This document shows, one piece after another, positions 22,401 to 45,300 of a stretch of 46,596 nt of DNA. A program made the translations under genes and the position numbers. Below the pieces are notes generated by a model that saw nothing but the letters and a program-made list of their open reading frames with translations, was not told where the DNA came from and did no database searches. Numbering within the stretch: the first letter of the stretch is position 1; every line of letters starts with the position of its first letter. The stretch comes from Chromera velia (taxonomy: Eukaryota): NCBI GenBank assembly GCA_018398765.1, contig JAHBMJ010000461.1:1-46596 (forward strand), given 5' to 3'.

Positions 22401-24577
22401 GAAAGAGAGATGTATTGTCTGCCACAATTCTCTTCACGTCGATCGGCACAGTCGATTTCTTTAGGTGCTCATGAACCTCAGTCAATTCACGCGAAGAGAA
22501 AACAGGATGATCAGAAGGAAGAGAAGAGAGAAAATCATCATTCATTGCCTCACTACCCTTAAGTCCCTTTCTATTCTCCCCAGCATTCTTTCTCCCCCCG
22601 TCTTCACTAACTTCATGCAATCCCTAAACCCTGTAGGCAACCCCAGTGGACTCACCGAAAGGGATTTCTATCTGCAGTCTGACTAGATGGCAGACAGCTC
22701 CTTTCCGGATTGTCCGCTTTACCTGCACAGAAGAGAGAAGAGGAGGAGTGCTGAATGTTTGTTCCTCGTCCTCTTCCTCTAACTCCATACCTGGAACCCA
22801 ATAAATCAATTTCCCTTTGAACCAAAAACGTAGACTTTGAGACGGCCACTGCAGTTCAGGCTCATAGGCACGACCCCACTTTGTCCCCAAGATCAAATCG
22901 TACTCATCCAGGTCGGCCAACATTGTACCCACTGTCTCTTGATACCCCTGAATGTTGATCAGCACTGTGGGTGCACACTCACAGACCGACCGAGTCTTCA
23001 AGGACTTGAGGGCACTGTGTAAGTTGATGGGTCATCGCAATCTGCACATACGGAGATGGTGGGTATAAGCAAAATGACGGTCAAGATAAATATTATCTGC
23101 ACCCGAATCAACCAAAACTCTGACAGGTATACCAGCCACTCGATCTGAAAACTGTTACACAAACAACCCTGGACGGACCCCTGTTTCATTTTCCTCCTCC
23201 TTCATTTCTATTGGTACATCTTCATTCTCAGGGCTTCCTCCCATCTTGGGGCACTGACCACAAGTTTCAAGTCCCTCTGCTCCTATCACCTCATCGGTCT
23301 TGAAACCTCCGTAGATTGTTCGAACTCCCCTACCTGCCAGTTTCCTTCCACCTCTTCCTCTCCCTCTGGGACCACCGTTTCTGCGTCCCCCTCTCTACTG
23401 TGACTAGCCTAAAGGTGGCCATGTTTGGGCGGTCGGGAATGGAGCTCCAAACCCTCTGCAATCTCCCTGGTATCCACCTCTGCCCTGCTTCCATCCCCCC
23501 TGCCTGAAGTCTCCACGGAATTTCCTGTAGTCCTGCAAGTCCCGAGGGTTCCCTCCGCTAGTGAGTCTTCGCATTCCAGAGAAGTTTCCGCCGAGTCCAA
23601 AGAAGGGACCTGGACACTGCCTAGCAGTATGCCCTGTGAGGCGGCATCTGAAACACCTTCCCTCTGCAATGTAGAGAGACCTCTCTGCCGGTGTGAGTGG
23701 TGGTGGGAGTTGACAGACCCCACATAGGTCTATGGGGATGGGCCTTTCCTCTTGTCTCAGTGGAGAGTTACGTCGGGCACTCTCCCTACCACTCTCGAAG
23801 GCACTCGGCCTTTGGAAGTCTCGTGTCCCGCCTCGCGATCCTTCTCCACCAGAGAGAAAGACCTCAAGCTCGCTTGCCGTCTTCATGGCGATGACCAAGT
23901 TGACCAGATGCGCCTTGTTTGTTTCAAGGTGGACATCTGCTGGTAAACCAGAGATGTAGTCTTCAATAATATCTTTCTCGATCAACCAGCCCTTCAGTTT
24001 CGCAACAAGCGGCTTGAATCGCTTATTGTAGTCGTCAACCCCACCTCCAGTGCATCGGCACTTCTTTAGCTCCTTTCTGGCCTTCTGTCTGGCCAGTGTG
24101 TCTGAATAGTGCTCGATGAGGGCAGCTTTCAACAACTCCCAGTTCTGGAATGGTCCGTTCTCGACCTTATAGAGATCAAACCATTTCTTAAGGTCCTGGG
24201 ACATTCTGTTCTTTACCACCAATACCTTGTCCAGGTCTAACACTTTCTCAAGTTTGTAAAAGTCTTCTACGTCTTTCAACCACCTGGTCAGCTTGGCTCT
24301 CACTCCAGAGAACAGAGCAGGGGCCTCACACAGCTTCATGTAGTACGACGAGGACGCAGTTGTACTTTGGGCTAGCACAATAGCAGGTGACATCACCGTT
24401 GCCTGGACAGATTCCTGAGAAGCTTGAAAAACAAGTAATTGCAGAGTTTCTGCATGCAGGTTTTACGTCGCCTGCATAGAGTTGATCTGCTGAGACAATC
24501 CTTCAATGCTAGCCTTCAATGGCCCCGACGATCTGCAGAATCCCCGGAGCCGGTACATCCTCTGTCACACCTTCCAT
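19474..24577 (-). pseudogene. gag-pol polyprotein of element 2
   Basis: Zn knuckle CFRCRLTGHTARQC; protease VLVDSGA near 23100; RT FLDDILI; RNase H; integrase; chromodomain EYEVDRIL...YLVKWKG...SWEPAKNL; broken by stops and frameshifts. Confidence 0.92.
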
Positions 24578-24684
24578 CAACATATGGAGTCGACAGTTAG
24601 TAGACTGAACCAGTCTGAGTACACTGAATTCAACAAGAGCGTTCTCCCTTAACTGAGGGTGGAACGAGACTCTGAACTACCAGA

Positions 24685-24991
24685 TGTAAGCTGTTTTACT
24701 GGAGTCTTAGTACTATCAGATACAGGTGGTTAAAGTCTGACAGACATCGGTTGGTTTGGTCTAGCAGTTAATGTCAATCTTGAGCATTCTTAGTGATGAT
24801 GTCAAGCAGACACATTAAGTATACACTTCACTGAAATCACTTAATGAAAGCATACCCGACTTCACGATGCGCGGTTTCGTGATACACCCATATATGCTAT
24901 GTGGCCCGGGTCCCCCGTCCGGCCCACATCTGCCTAACGCTTACCAGCCCTTTATTACTCAGTTTTCTTATTAGGCAGAATGCTCCTCACA
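24685..24991 (-). repeat. 5' LTR of element 2
   Basis: Direct repeat of 18945-19251. Confidence 0.95.
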
Positions 24992-26006
24992 TGCATCAGT
25001 ATTATGACTTGCTGTAGACTTGCGTGCGTCAGTATTATGACTTGCCGTAGACCGGTGCGTACGTCAATAGCGCTATTCTAACCTCCCTAAACCTAAGTAC
25101 CACTTAAAAAAATATTATTAAGATGATCTCTATCTGCGGCATCATTTTTCAAGAAACCGTCTACACCTGCAGCGTACATGGTCAAGACACCGTCCAGATT
25201 TGCGGCTTTAGGTTTTAAGATACCGTAAAGGATCCACGCCTACGGCGCGGACTTTCAAGCTTGAATGAATGAATGAAGTTGGCTTTGCTAGAGTAGAGCC
25301 GTGCTTATCTAAAAATGTGGCTTGAACTTTCAAATGGTAGTTAGGTTCAGGAAGGTTGCTATTCTATCTATCCACAAATCTGACGTAAGCAATTAAAGTT
25401 GCGAACGGCCCCGCAAAACAAAAAAAATGAGAACGAATGAGAACAGTTACTTCACGATTGATGCACGCTGGCAAGCCAACCGGGTGGTCGTGCCGACCCC
25501 CCCCCCCCCNATGGAAAGAGCTGCAGAACCCCCCCTCCCCCAGGAAAAAAGCCCGGGGATGCAGTTTGTTGCTTTCCGGGGCCACTAACGCACACATGCA
25601 TGACGGCGCGGGTTTATGCACACTTTTCTGGACCATTTGGGGCGGGATCTTTCCGGGGCCTTTTTTTGGTGAAAAAACACTGCGTGCATAGGCTGGGGTA
25701 TTTTTGTTGCCTCGGGGGGCAGCTCAGCTCTGCTGAAATCAGCCGAGAGGCCCTGAGATCAGACGGATCCGCATAACGCATTTTTTTTATTTTTTGGGGG
25801 GGGGTTCGGTTCTGTCTCTATCCGTCCATCACGGTGTCGCCCAAATTCTAAAATGTGCCTCTCAAGCAAGTCGCACGGAGCAGCGATCGCATTATAATTA
25901 CTTTGCTCCTCATGATACGTGCTCCTCAAGTAACTCACATGGAATTGCATATGCGTAGTCCCAAAAAGTATATTTTATGCACGTTGCCGTGGCCCCTGCC
26001 ACTTTG

Positions 26007-26472
26007 TGTGAGAGAAGTGAACAGATAGACAGCTGAAAACTCTGAGTACAGACATGCAGGCTTTAAGCATCAATCTAGCCAGTAGGATGATTGTATGCTG
26101 AAGCATACATTGTGGAATGGTAGCCTTTGCGGCGGTCTCTTTTATAGAAAGCGCACATGTGTATGGCAAGATGTATGACCGTGATGTATCCGTACGATCA
26201 GCTTGTAGGGCATGTGCAAACATTCGCAATGATTTTGCATCATTGGTTGAATTGTGCGGAGCAAGCGAGACGATCAGTTTCATGCAGATGTCGTGCTTGC
26301 TGATTGATTGATTGATCGAATAGAGATCTGTTCTAGCGTTACCTGGTATGACATCCACTTGTCGTACAGAGAAGAGACAAACGGTACCCGTATGTCTAGC
26401 TATCTGTAGACAAGGTAAACGGACGTAAAGCAATTGAGTGTAATAAGGCAGCAGCAGTCATATTCTGTAACA
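26007..26472 (+). repeat. 5' LTR of element 3
   Basis: Direct repeat of 28429-28894, about 36 substitutions, about 4 of them transversions. Confidence 0.93.
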
Positions 26473-26524
26473 GTTTAATGCTCCATCAGGTAGGCTTGAA
26501 ACCGTTGGATCGAGTTGAGGCTTC

Positions 26525-27664
26525 TTGTTTCCTTCCATCATAGATGGCAGTGCCCATATTGTTGCTTCCCCTACACCTGTGAGGAATAGAGGAGATGCAG
26601 ACACATCGTCTTCCACAGGCCAGCAAGGGAGATTGGGAACGTTTGTCGGCAGGTGGGAACTGAAGGCAGTCGAGTTCAAGCGAGACGCCAACAAGTTGCA
26701 AGATTCGGAGGAGAACAAGTACACATATGAGGAGTTCCGATTCACTTGGGACCTTCCTGATGAGGGTCTCAAAGCAGCAATGGGCTTCGACCCCCAGAAT
26801 GCGACTGATAAGCAGGAGAAGATGTTTGATCTACAAAGGAAGCAGTTTCTTATACAGACAGCGAAGGGAGACAGAGAGTTCTTCAAAGTCATGAAGACTG
26901 CTTTGTCTATGCTAGGGGCGATGTGCGATGACGCTCTTTCGGCGCTGGCTTTGCATTTTGGCGCAGACACACTTGCAGAGCTCTTTGTTGCAGGGTTTGC
27001 GCTCTTGTCCTTCATGAAGGATCCGGAGATGGAACCGATGAAGAGGATGATGAAGGCAAAGGAGTTGAGCGCCAGAGTTCACGGGACTGCATGGAAGCCG
27101 GATAGGTTCCTGGAGCTGCTGGTTGTCATGTTCGGGTTGGAAGAAAAACATCAGGAGGTGATGATTCAGAAAGTTAGTGAGTGGTTTAAGAAGAACAAGA
27201 CTCTTCCCACTCTGTCTAACATGCAGGCAGAGTTTGAGGCCCTTTCAACAGCGCAGAAGGTTGCAGCAGGGACAAAAGAAGAAAAGTCTGCCCCCCTTCA
27301 CCATGAGTATGGAGCAGCAGCAACAGGGCAGAGAGGGTCGAGAGGCAAGGGACCACCGAAGAGAGAATTCAACGCAGGAGGACAGAGAGGCAAACAGGGA
27401 CCATGCTGGAAGTGTGGTTTTCTAGGGTCGCATGATCAGGATCAGTGTCCTCTCACTGAAGAAGAAATGAAGATCAAGAGGGAGAGAGATACTGTGTTTT
27501 TCAAAGAATTGATGCAAAAGAGAAAGAATGGATCAGGGTTGCATTTTAGCTCTTCCATATCTCAAAGAGAGACTGCGAACGCTGCAGCAGCACGTGTATC
27601 TCTCCAGCAGGGATCTCGATTCAGGGCTGACTCTTTTGAAACGGATGATAGTGATCTTCCCTAG
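26525..27664 (+). CDS. Gag-like protein with a zinc knuckle
   Basis: 379-codon open frame, helical-looking core, Gly/Arg-rich stretch, then CWKCGFLGSHDQDQC (CX2CX5HX4C); start codon uncertain; the stop is supplied by the MITE TIR. Confidence 0.7.
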   Translation: MFPSIIDGSAHIVASPTPVRNRGDADTSSSTGQQGRLGTFVGRWELKAVEFKRDANKLQDSEENKYTYEEFRFTWDLPDEGLKAAMGFDPQNATDKQEKMFDLQRKQFLIQTAKGDREFFKVMKTALSMLGAMCDDALSALALHFGADTLAELFVAGFALLSFMKDPEMEPMKRMMKAKELSARVHGTAWKPDRFLELLVVMFGLEEKHQEVMIQKVSEWFKKNKTLPTLSNMQAEFEALSTAQKVAAGTKEEKSAPLHHEYGAAATGQRGSRGKGPPKREFNAGGQRGKQGPCWKCGFLGSHDQDQCPLTEEEMKIKRERDTVFFKELMQKRKNGSGLHFSSSISQRETANAAAARVSLQQGSRFRADSFETDDSDLP

Positions 27665-28287
27665 AGTATGACACTCTGCAGACACTTTACGATATACAGA
27701 GAGTTCTAGCAGCAAGAACTGCATTTGATGTATTTATTTTCACCCGTTCACATCTTTTTTTGAAGAGAAAACATCTTGATATACAAGAAAAACACGTTTT
27801 CAGGGTGGTTTAAAAGAAAGGGGGGGGGTTCTGCACGGTTACGGGTCGGGTACAAATATTGGTTCCAGCTCTCCATACGATGGTGGTTCTTAAACCGATG
27901 AACTCATAATGAAAACTTCTGGAACTCATCTGAACCATCAAGAACCAAAACAATTCTTGGTTCCATAAAGTCTTTCATGTAAAAAAACTCAAAACAAAGT
28001 GAAATAAATATAATGGAAGGTCTTATCATTTGGTTCAGGGGGGAGGTGTTTTGGTTCTTGAACCGCCAGAACCGGCAAATCAGAACTTTTGTTGGCACCA
28101 ACATGTTTTTAAGTGTTTTCAGGTCAAAATCGTTCAAAAACTGGTAAACTTTTCCTCTTTAAATGGTTCTTTTGGTCCAATAACCACAAAAAACATGTTT
28201 TAACATGTTGATGTGTTGTATGCGGGATGAAAAGGGGGTATTGCTGAGTGAAACTGACTGACGAGGCTCAAGAGTGTCATACCCTAG
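27661..28287. mobile_element. hAT-like MITE (627 bp) inserted at the end of gag
   Basis: TIR ctagagtatgacactct / agagtgtcataccctag; 8-bp TSD gatcttcc (27653-27660) / gatctttc (28288-28295); internal aacc/ggtt-rich repeats. Confidence 0.85.
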
Positions 28288-28428
28288 GATCTTTCATTTT
28301 GAGATTGAGTGAGGAGTGAGAGACTGGGGATGACACTGTGTGTTGGTGTGTACGTATGTTTGTGTGTGAGTGAGTTTCTTAACAAGAGGCTTGAGAGCTT
28401 TATTCAGGAGCTCTTTCGGGGGGTGATC

Positions 28429-28894
28429 TGTGAGAGAAGTGAACAGATAGACAGCTGAAAACTCTGAGTGCAGACATGCAGGCTTTAAGCATCAATCCAG
28501 CCAGCAGGATGATTGTATGCTGAAGCATGCATTGTGGAATAGCAGCCTTTGCGGCGGCCTTTCTTATAGAATGCGCACATATGTATGGCAAGATGTATGA
28601 CCATGATGTGTCCATGCGATCAGCTTGTGGGGCATATGTAAACATCCGCAATGATTTTGCATCATTGGTTGAATTGTGCAGAGCGAGCGAGACGATCAGT
28701 TTCATGCAGATGTCGTGCTTGCTGATTGATTGATTGATCGAATAGAGATCTGTTCTAGCGTTGCCTGGTATGACATCCACTTGTTGTATGTAGAAGAGAC
28801 AAACGGTGCCTGTGTGTGTAGGTATTTGTAGACAAGGTAAACGGATGTAAAGCAATTGAGTGTGACAAGGCAGCAGCAGTCACATTCTGTAACA
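28429..28894 (+). repeat. 3' LTR of element 3
   Basis: Direct repeat of 26007-26472. Confidence 0.93.
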
Positions 28895-29208
28895 CTTTAC
28901 ACAGGTAAAACATGCCCAAGTCGATCCCTGATGCTTTGTATCAATCAAATTATGGGTCTTCTTTGTTTAATTCACAGCAGGAGGGGAACCAGGGGGCCCT
29001 TCCAATCTGAGTGCCTTCTCGGTAGGGAGGTCGCAGCGTTCTCTAGGTTTTTTGACTCGGAGGGCGCAAACTAAGCAATCCTTTTATGATTGATTCTTTG
29101 TATACAAACAAGAAAAAAAAAAAGGGGGGGGGGGGACAAGCGTATGATGGTGCATGAAAAGAAAGGAAGAAAAGAAGGTTAAGAAAATAAGGGGCAAATT
29201 TATAAGGA

Positions 29209-29964
29209 TGTGAAAGTAAACGATGGTCCCGTTCCTGGTCGGATTCACGGAGGGTGAAAATTCCGGTCCCGGCATTTCTATTCATCCCTTCGCCCCGAGC
29301 CAGAGAAAGGAGCAACGCGCACGCAGCGGCCCGTCCACATGGGGTGGCGGGGCGCCTGCGACAGAGGAGTGCATGTTGTGAGTTCTATACTATGGCCCGC
29401 ATGCACTTTGGCGCTAGAAATACACCCGAGGCACTCATCGTGGTGGTGTGTGCTCCAGGGATTCATATAGGATTTAAATAGGCCGATGGTGCGGTTATGC
29501 CATCGGAGGCCTCAGAATTAATTCCAGTCCCAAATTAATTTCCAGACAGTCAGACAGACGTGCACGGCGGTTACCGTCCGTCTGAATGAGAGACACGACC
29601 TAGGGATTGATAGAACTTCATGTGTAGAATCTGTAGTACTGTGCCCTATGTCTCTCTCTGTGGTTCTCTTGTGCTCTGAGTAATGCACAAGGCCACCAGC
29701 AGGAGCGTACTGTGGACTGTGGGAGTTCATAGATTTTCTGTCTGATGAAGAGACTGATCAGATATTTATTTCGGATTATCTGTATCGGTCTAGACGAGTA
29801 CGTCACGGAGACGTATTCGCTGTGGTCCTTTAATAGGAGAGGGCCAGGAATTCAGGAGTATAGCAGTTGGAGGAGTCCTCTGGATAGGCTAGAGAATCGA
29901 TACGGGAGGGCCCATAGGATTCCACTGGAGGAATTTCAAGAGATGTGAGACTCTACTTTTCACT
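29209..29964 (+). repeat. 5' LTR of element 4
   Basis: Direct repeat of 43613-44364; mostly transitions plus 3-bp and 1-bp indels; TATA-like gatttaaata at about 29471. Confidence 0.92.
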
Positions 29965-29977
29965 GGCGCCGTCACTG
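29964..29977 (+). other. Primer binding site, tRNA-Asp-like (TGGCGCCGT)
   Basis: TGG start directly at the LTR end; resembles the TGGCGCCGTT Asp PBS of plant Athila elements; cognate tRNA not verified. Confidence 0.55.
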
Positions 29978-30051
29978 AAAGAGTCTCCCGTTGTTATTCC
30001 GACAACATTCCCCTTGTTGTATTCCCGATTCCCTACTGCAGGTGACTTACC

Positions 30052-40887
<10,836 letters not shown>

Positions 40888-43612
40888 ATTCGGCGGCGTG
40901 GAACTTCTGGAGGGGAGGGGTGTGGGGCCTTTTCTTTCTCTTTTGTGTCCTGTTTCTGTTGTCTGCTCTTTCTCTTCTGTCGTCCCTTTGCAGGTAGGCG
41001 TGTATAGGGCTTGGTTTTGCTCAGGGTGGGGACGACTGGGGTTTGGGTTTGGGCATAAAAGGAGCTAGATAGGCCAGAGGTACTGTTTGTCCCTTTTATC
41101 CGTTTCTCTCTCTCGTTAATCTGTTCTCCCAGATAGGCGACTAGATGGGGCGGTGACAAGAAAGAGGGGCAGGAGACAAAGGGTCTCCTGCTGGGTGGGC
41201 GTGGGCTCAGCTAGGTAGGAGAGCAAGAAGAGTTAGGCAGGAAAGCAAGAAAACCAGAGGAGCGGGTCCTCTTCTGCTGCACCCTTCCATACACCTCCGC
41301 AGCCATGCGTGTTCGGTAGTTGTCCTGTTCTGTCTCGTCCTGTTTGTGTTCGTGTATGTTTGTTTGTTTTCCACGCTCTGGTGTAGTTGACGTATGTGCC
41401 TCTGCGTCATGGGCAAAGCATCCAATGCTCAGCCAATGCATGAGGCCAAGCAATAGGCGGGCCCAAAATTCATGTAAACCGAGCATTAAATTTTGTTTGG
41501 AGCAGTTCAGGTGAAACAAACGATCGTAGACTACGGTCAATTACGTGGGGTGTATGGGCGGGTAGATCCAACGTTCATGAGGAGGCATTACCCTGTCTGT
41601 TCGCATCCGTTGTCCTGCACTCCGTGTTTGGTGCCCGTCTGCATAAGAAATCCATGCGCAGGAAACAGACGGGCTGTTTATGTAGCAAAGGTGAGTGCCC
41701 GAAGCACTTAAACAGTCCGATCCCTGTGCGCTTTCCTTTCTCCGTATTGAGCAGAATGGGTCTGGCCAGAACAGTTAGGCAGCCTGAAAGAATGCTGTCA
41801 GCTGGCATGGGGAGCGTGAAGGATTTTTGTTCGCGTCCATTCATGATCTGGCTGCCTGTCTGCGATCCGTTGCGGTGATGAAGTTGGCGTGCTGCCTGAC
41901 CGACGCTTTGATCTGTACTTTTGTCTCACTCCCTGCAGGGCTTTGCATCACCCCCGAGTGAATCTACGGGAGATTGTAGATAGAAAGGGGGGAGGGTGCT
42001 CATAGGGAGCATCACGTCTAGCAGGTGGCAGCCTAGGTAGGGGGAAAGACCGCTGTGCGCACACTTATACTTTTCGTCTCTTTGTCTCTTCTCTCTATAC
42101 ACAGCGCTTTAGCAGGATCGCAAGGGCGTCCTGCGTTTAAGATGAACTGTCCCGGTCGGATGTGTAGCTGCCGTGCAAGAGAGACATGATCCAAGTGCAG
42201 GGGGCATCTTGGGTGAGGATGAGAGCTCAGGTGTGTTGCGGGTGCTTCTTTCCTCTGCCGGCCTCTCATCCTGCTGGAAGCCTGTCCTCCACGTTGGGAG
42301 GTCAGGTTAGGGGTGAGTGTAAGTCCAGGTGTGATCGGTTTTGTAGGTTTGTATTTATGAAATCCTTTCTCCAGAAGGTCAGGGGAGTGTGTGGTGGCTC
42401 TCCTGTGATTTTTAATTATTTTCGCAAGGCATGCGTGAAGGGGTAGGGGGTGCCTCGGGGGCATCTTGCTTGAAGTGCAGTTCAGTTTTGTATATCTGTT
42501 TTCTCTCCCTCTTTCTTCTTTGTTTGGATTTCCGCACGGCCCGGGGAAGCTCGTCGCGTCATGGGGGCGTGCATGGACGGTGTACGCTAGACGGGTGTGG
42601 GCGTCTTCGGGTTTTCCCTTATTCAATTCGTTTTCACAGACGGAAAGGAGCTGGGAGGGAGAGGCCTTCCCGACCTGTCTATGGAGGCAGAGACCTTTCG
42701 CAGTCGTGTTTTCCTTGAGCTGCCGGTTTGCGTTAGGGGTCCTAACCCATTGCCGATCCGAACTAGAGTAGAGTGGGCACGGTATGCAAAACATTTTCCC
42801 TTCCTTGTATAGTGGTCGGTGGCCATCTACACATACCGTGGATCTGAGTGCGTGAAAGAAGGAAAAGAAGAATCTGGGGAAAAGGTGGTAAGGACTTTGC
42901 TTTTGACAGGCCTGGTCTGGGAGATTGGGTCTCCTTGCCAGAGGGCAGGGCATGCTGAGGCTGTTAAAGGCTCTTGGTTTCCAAAGAACTGCATTTTGGT
43001 TGCATGGGGACTGCTTGTGTTTTGTTTGCCTTTCTTTCTTATATTTCTTTCAAACGTTCAGAGCAGGGTCCGTCCGGAGCAGGAAGCATGGCAGGTAGGC
43101 TAAGCGCGGGCTCCTGCATGCTAGATGTTTTCGGTTTTCTGCGTGTGGGGCGGGGCTACATCTGGAGGCAGATGGGCTGTGTGTCCCATGCGTTCGTTAG
43201 CATAAGTAGGCATGGGCTGGGGGCTTATGTTCTTCTGTGCTGTTCCTTTCGCTTTTCCCAGTGTGGTTTCGTTTTTATCCCGTTCTTCCAGCTAGGTTGG
43301 CTGGTATCCATTTCCCTGTATACCCTGCACACGCGTGAGCCCGGTGTGCTCTCACTTATTAAAGGATAATAAATGACGTCTGGAGAGGACGGCGCGTGAG
43401 AGCATGAGAAAAAGGAATGAGGAGAGAAGAGGTCAACGATACATGAGTAATTCTTTTGTGATTGTACAACAGGAAAAGAGGAAAGGGAAAAATTGGGGAG
43501 CCGGGTGATTAAAGAACGGTCTTTTCTCATGCTTCCCGATTCCCCCTCATCAGAGGGGTGTGTGTTGTGCTGCGTGCTCCATAGTCTTTCCTCGGGGGCT
43601 CGGGAGGGGGTG

Positions 43613-44364
43613 TGTGAAAGTAAACGACGGCCCCGTTCCTGGTCGGATTCGCGGAGGGTGAAAATTCCGGTCCCGGCATTTCCATTCATCCCTTTGCCCT
43701 GAGCCAGAAAAAGGAGCGACGCGCATGCAGCGGCCCGTCCACATGGGGTGGCGGGGCGCCTGCGACAGAGGAGTGCATGTTGTGAGTTCCATGCTATGGC
43801 CCGCATGCACTTTGGTACTAGAAATATACCCGAGGCACTCACCGTGGTGGTGTGTGCTCCGGGGATTCATATAGGATTTAAATAGGCCGATGGTATGGTT
43901 ATGCCATCGGAGGCCTCAGAATTAATTCCGGTCCCGAATTAATTTTTAGACAGTCAGACAGACGTGCACGGCGGTTACCGTCCGTCTGAATAAGAGACGC
44001 GACCTAGGGATTGACAGAACTTCATGTGTAGGATCTGTACTGTGCCCTATGTCTCTCTCTGTGGTTCTCTTATGCTCTGAGTAATGCACAAGGCCACCAG
44101 CAGGAGCGTACTGTGGACTGTGGGAGTTCATAGATTTTCTGTGTGGTGAAGAGATGATCAGATATTTATTTTGGATTATCTGTATCGGTCTAGACGAGTA
44201 CATCACGGAGACGTATTCGCTGTGGTCCTCTAATAGGAGAGGGCCAGGAATTCGAGAGTATAGTAGTTGGAGGAGTCCTCTGGATAGGCTAGAGGATCGA
44301 CACGGGAGGGCCCATAGGATTCCACTGGAGGAATCTTAAGAGAGGTGAGACTCTACTTTTCACT
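43613..44364 (+). repeat. 3' LTR of element 4
   Basis: Direct repeat of 29209-29964. Confidence 0.92.
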
Positions 44365-45300
44365 GGGGAGGGTCTCTTTGAAGTTGTTTTCCGCCGTCAA
44401 AGGGTAATCTTTGTCAAGGGGACAAACTTTTAGTTTTTACCCTGCCTCTCCCTTCTTTTCGTTTTTCTCCGAGTCCTGCTCTACCACCGTTTAAGAAATA
44501 AGCCACAGTAAAACTGATCAAAGAGCACTATTCCTAGATTCAGAACAGATGGGACGAACCGGAACCTTTTGATAGACTAGGCTAGATCCGCCCCTCATAC
44601 ATGGGGACGCGGCATGCATAACAAAAACTTCAATCACACATTAAGTTATGGCGGACCCCCTAAATGGCCCTTCGAGGCACTCACCAACTAGGCACTCACC
44701 CAACTGGTTGGGTGTATCCCATTTTGTAAGTGCTCCCCGCTTCGCTTTCCGGGGCCACCCTCAAGTCAAAATTAGAGCCAAGAACAGCATATGCCGTGGC
44801 CGGCCGGCCGTCTATGAGTCGGCTCTGATATATGCGAGTGAGCTTATCTGGGGCCTTTTGTGTTAGTTAGTTAGTTAGAGGATCCGCCAGTTGGAGGGCT
44901 AAGCTACCGGGCGGCACATGGTTGTTATGAGTAGCTGCCCTCCGAGCGCTTTAATTTGAGGTCTACGAGCCCGAGATACACACCCACTCTTCGGTGAGTG
45001 CCTTGCGGCGGATTTCCGCGCTATGTGTCGCTCCCTGCGACTGCGTGATGACACGCAGAGACAGCACAGCAGCCATGTGTCTGTCAACACGACCAATGGT
45101 CCGAAGTCCTGTCTCGCCATCCGACACCGCCGCTGCATTACAAGAACCTCGTGTCCGGAAGAATTCTCAGTGAAGAAAGCCGCTCACGCCAGGGGAAGGG
45201 CTTTCTGAGTCGTGCAGTGTGTCTCAATTCGAATCTAGCGACAGATCGAACTGAAAACCGTCTCTCTTCTGCCGTCTCCGGCTTGTGAAAGAAAGCGAAA

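Larger units (their letters stand above)
18945..24991 (-). mobile_element. Full-length Ty3/gypsy chromovirus LTR retrotransposon (element 2), relative of element 1, inactivated
   Basis: 307-bp LTRs 18945-19251 and 24685-24991 (minus strand TGTGAG...CTTACA); PBS tggtagttcagag; TSD tacgt/tgcat, both one G>A step from the minisatellite's tgcgt; same domain order as element 1. Confidence 0.96.
26007..28894 (+). mobile_element. Non-autonomous gag-only LTR retrotransposon (element 3; ~2.25 kb without its MITE)
   Basis: 466-bp LTRs TGTGAGA...TGTAACA; TSD ctttg/cttta; single gag-like ORF; G-rich PPT-like gggggg just before the 3' LTR; no pol. Confidence 0.9.

Noticed and set aside
25975..26433. ~150-codon antisense ORF open in both LTRs of element 3
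   Set aside because: No ATG at its annotated start and no motif; its duplication is explained by the LTRs.
26525..27664. TnpB/Fanzor-like nuclease, suggested by size and Cys motif
   Set aside because: No RuvC motifs; the Cys/His motif is a gag-type knuckle inside an LTR pair.
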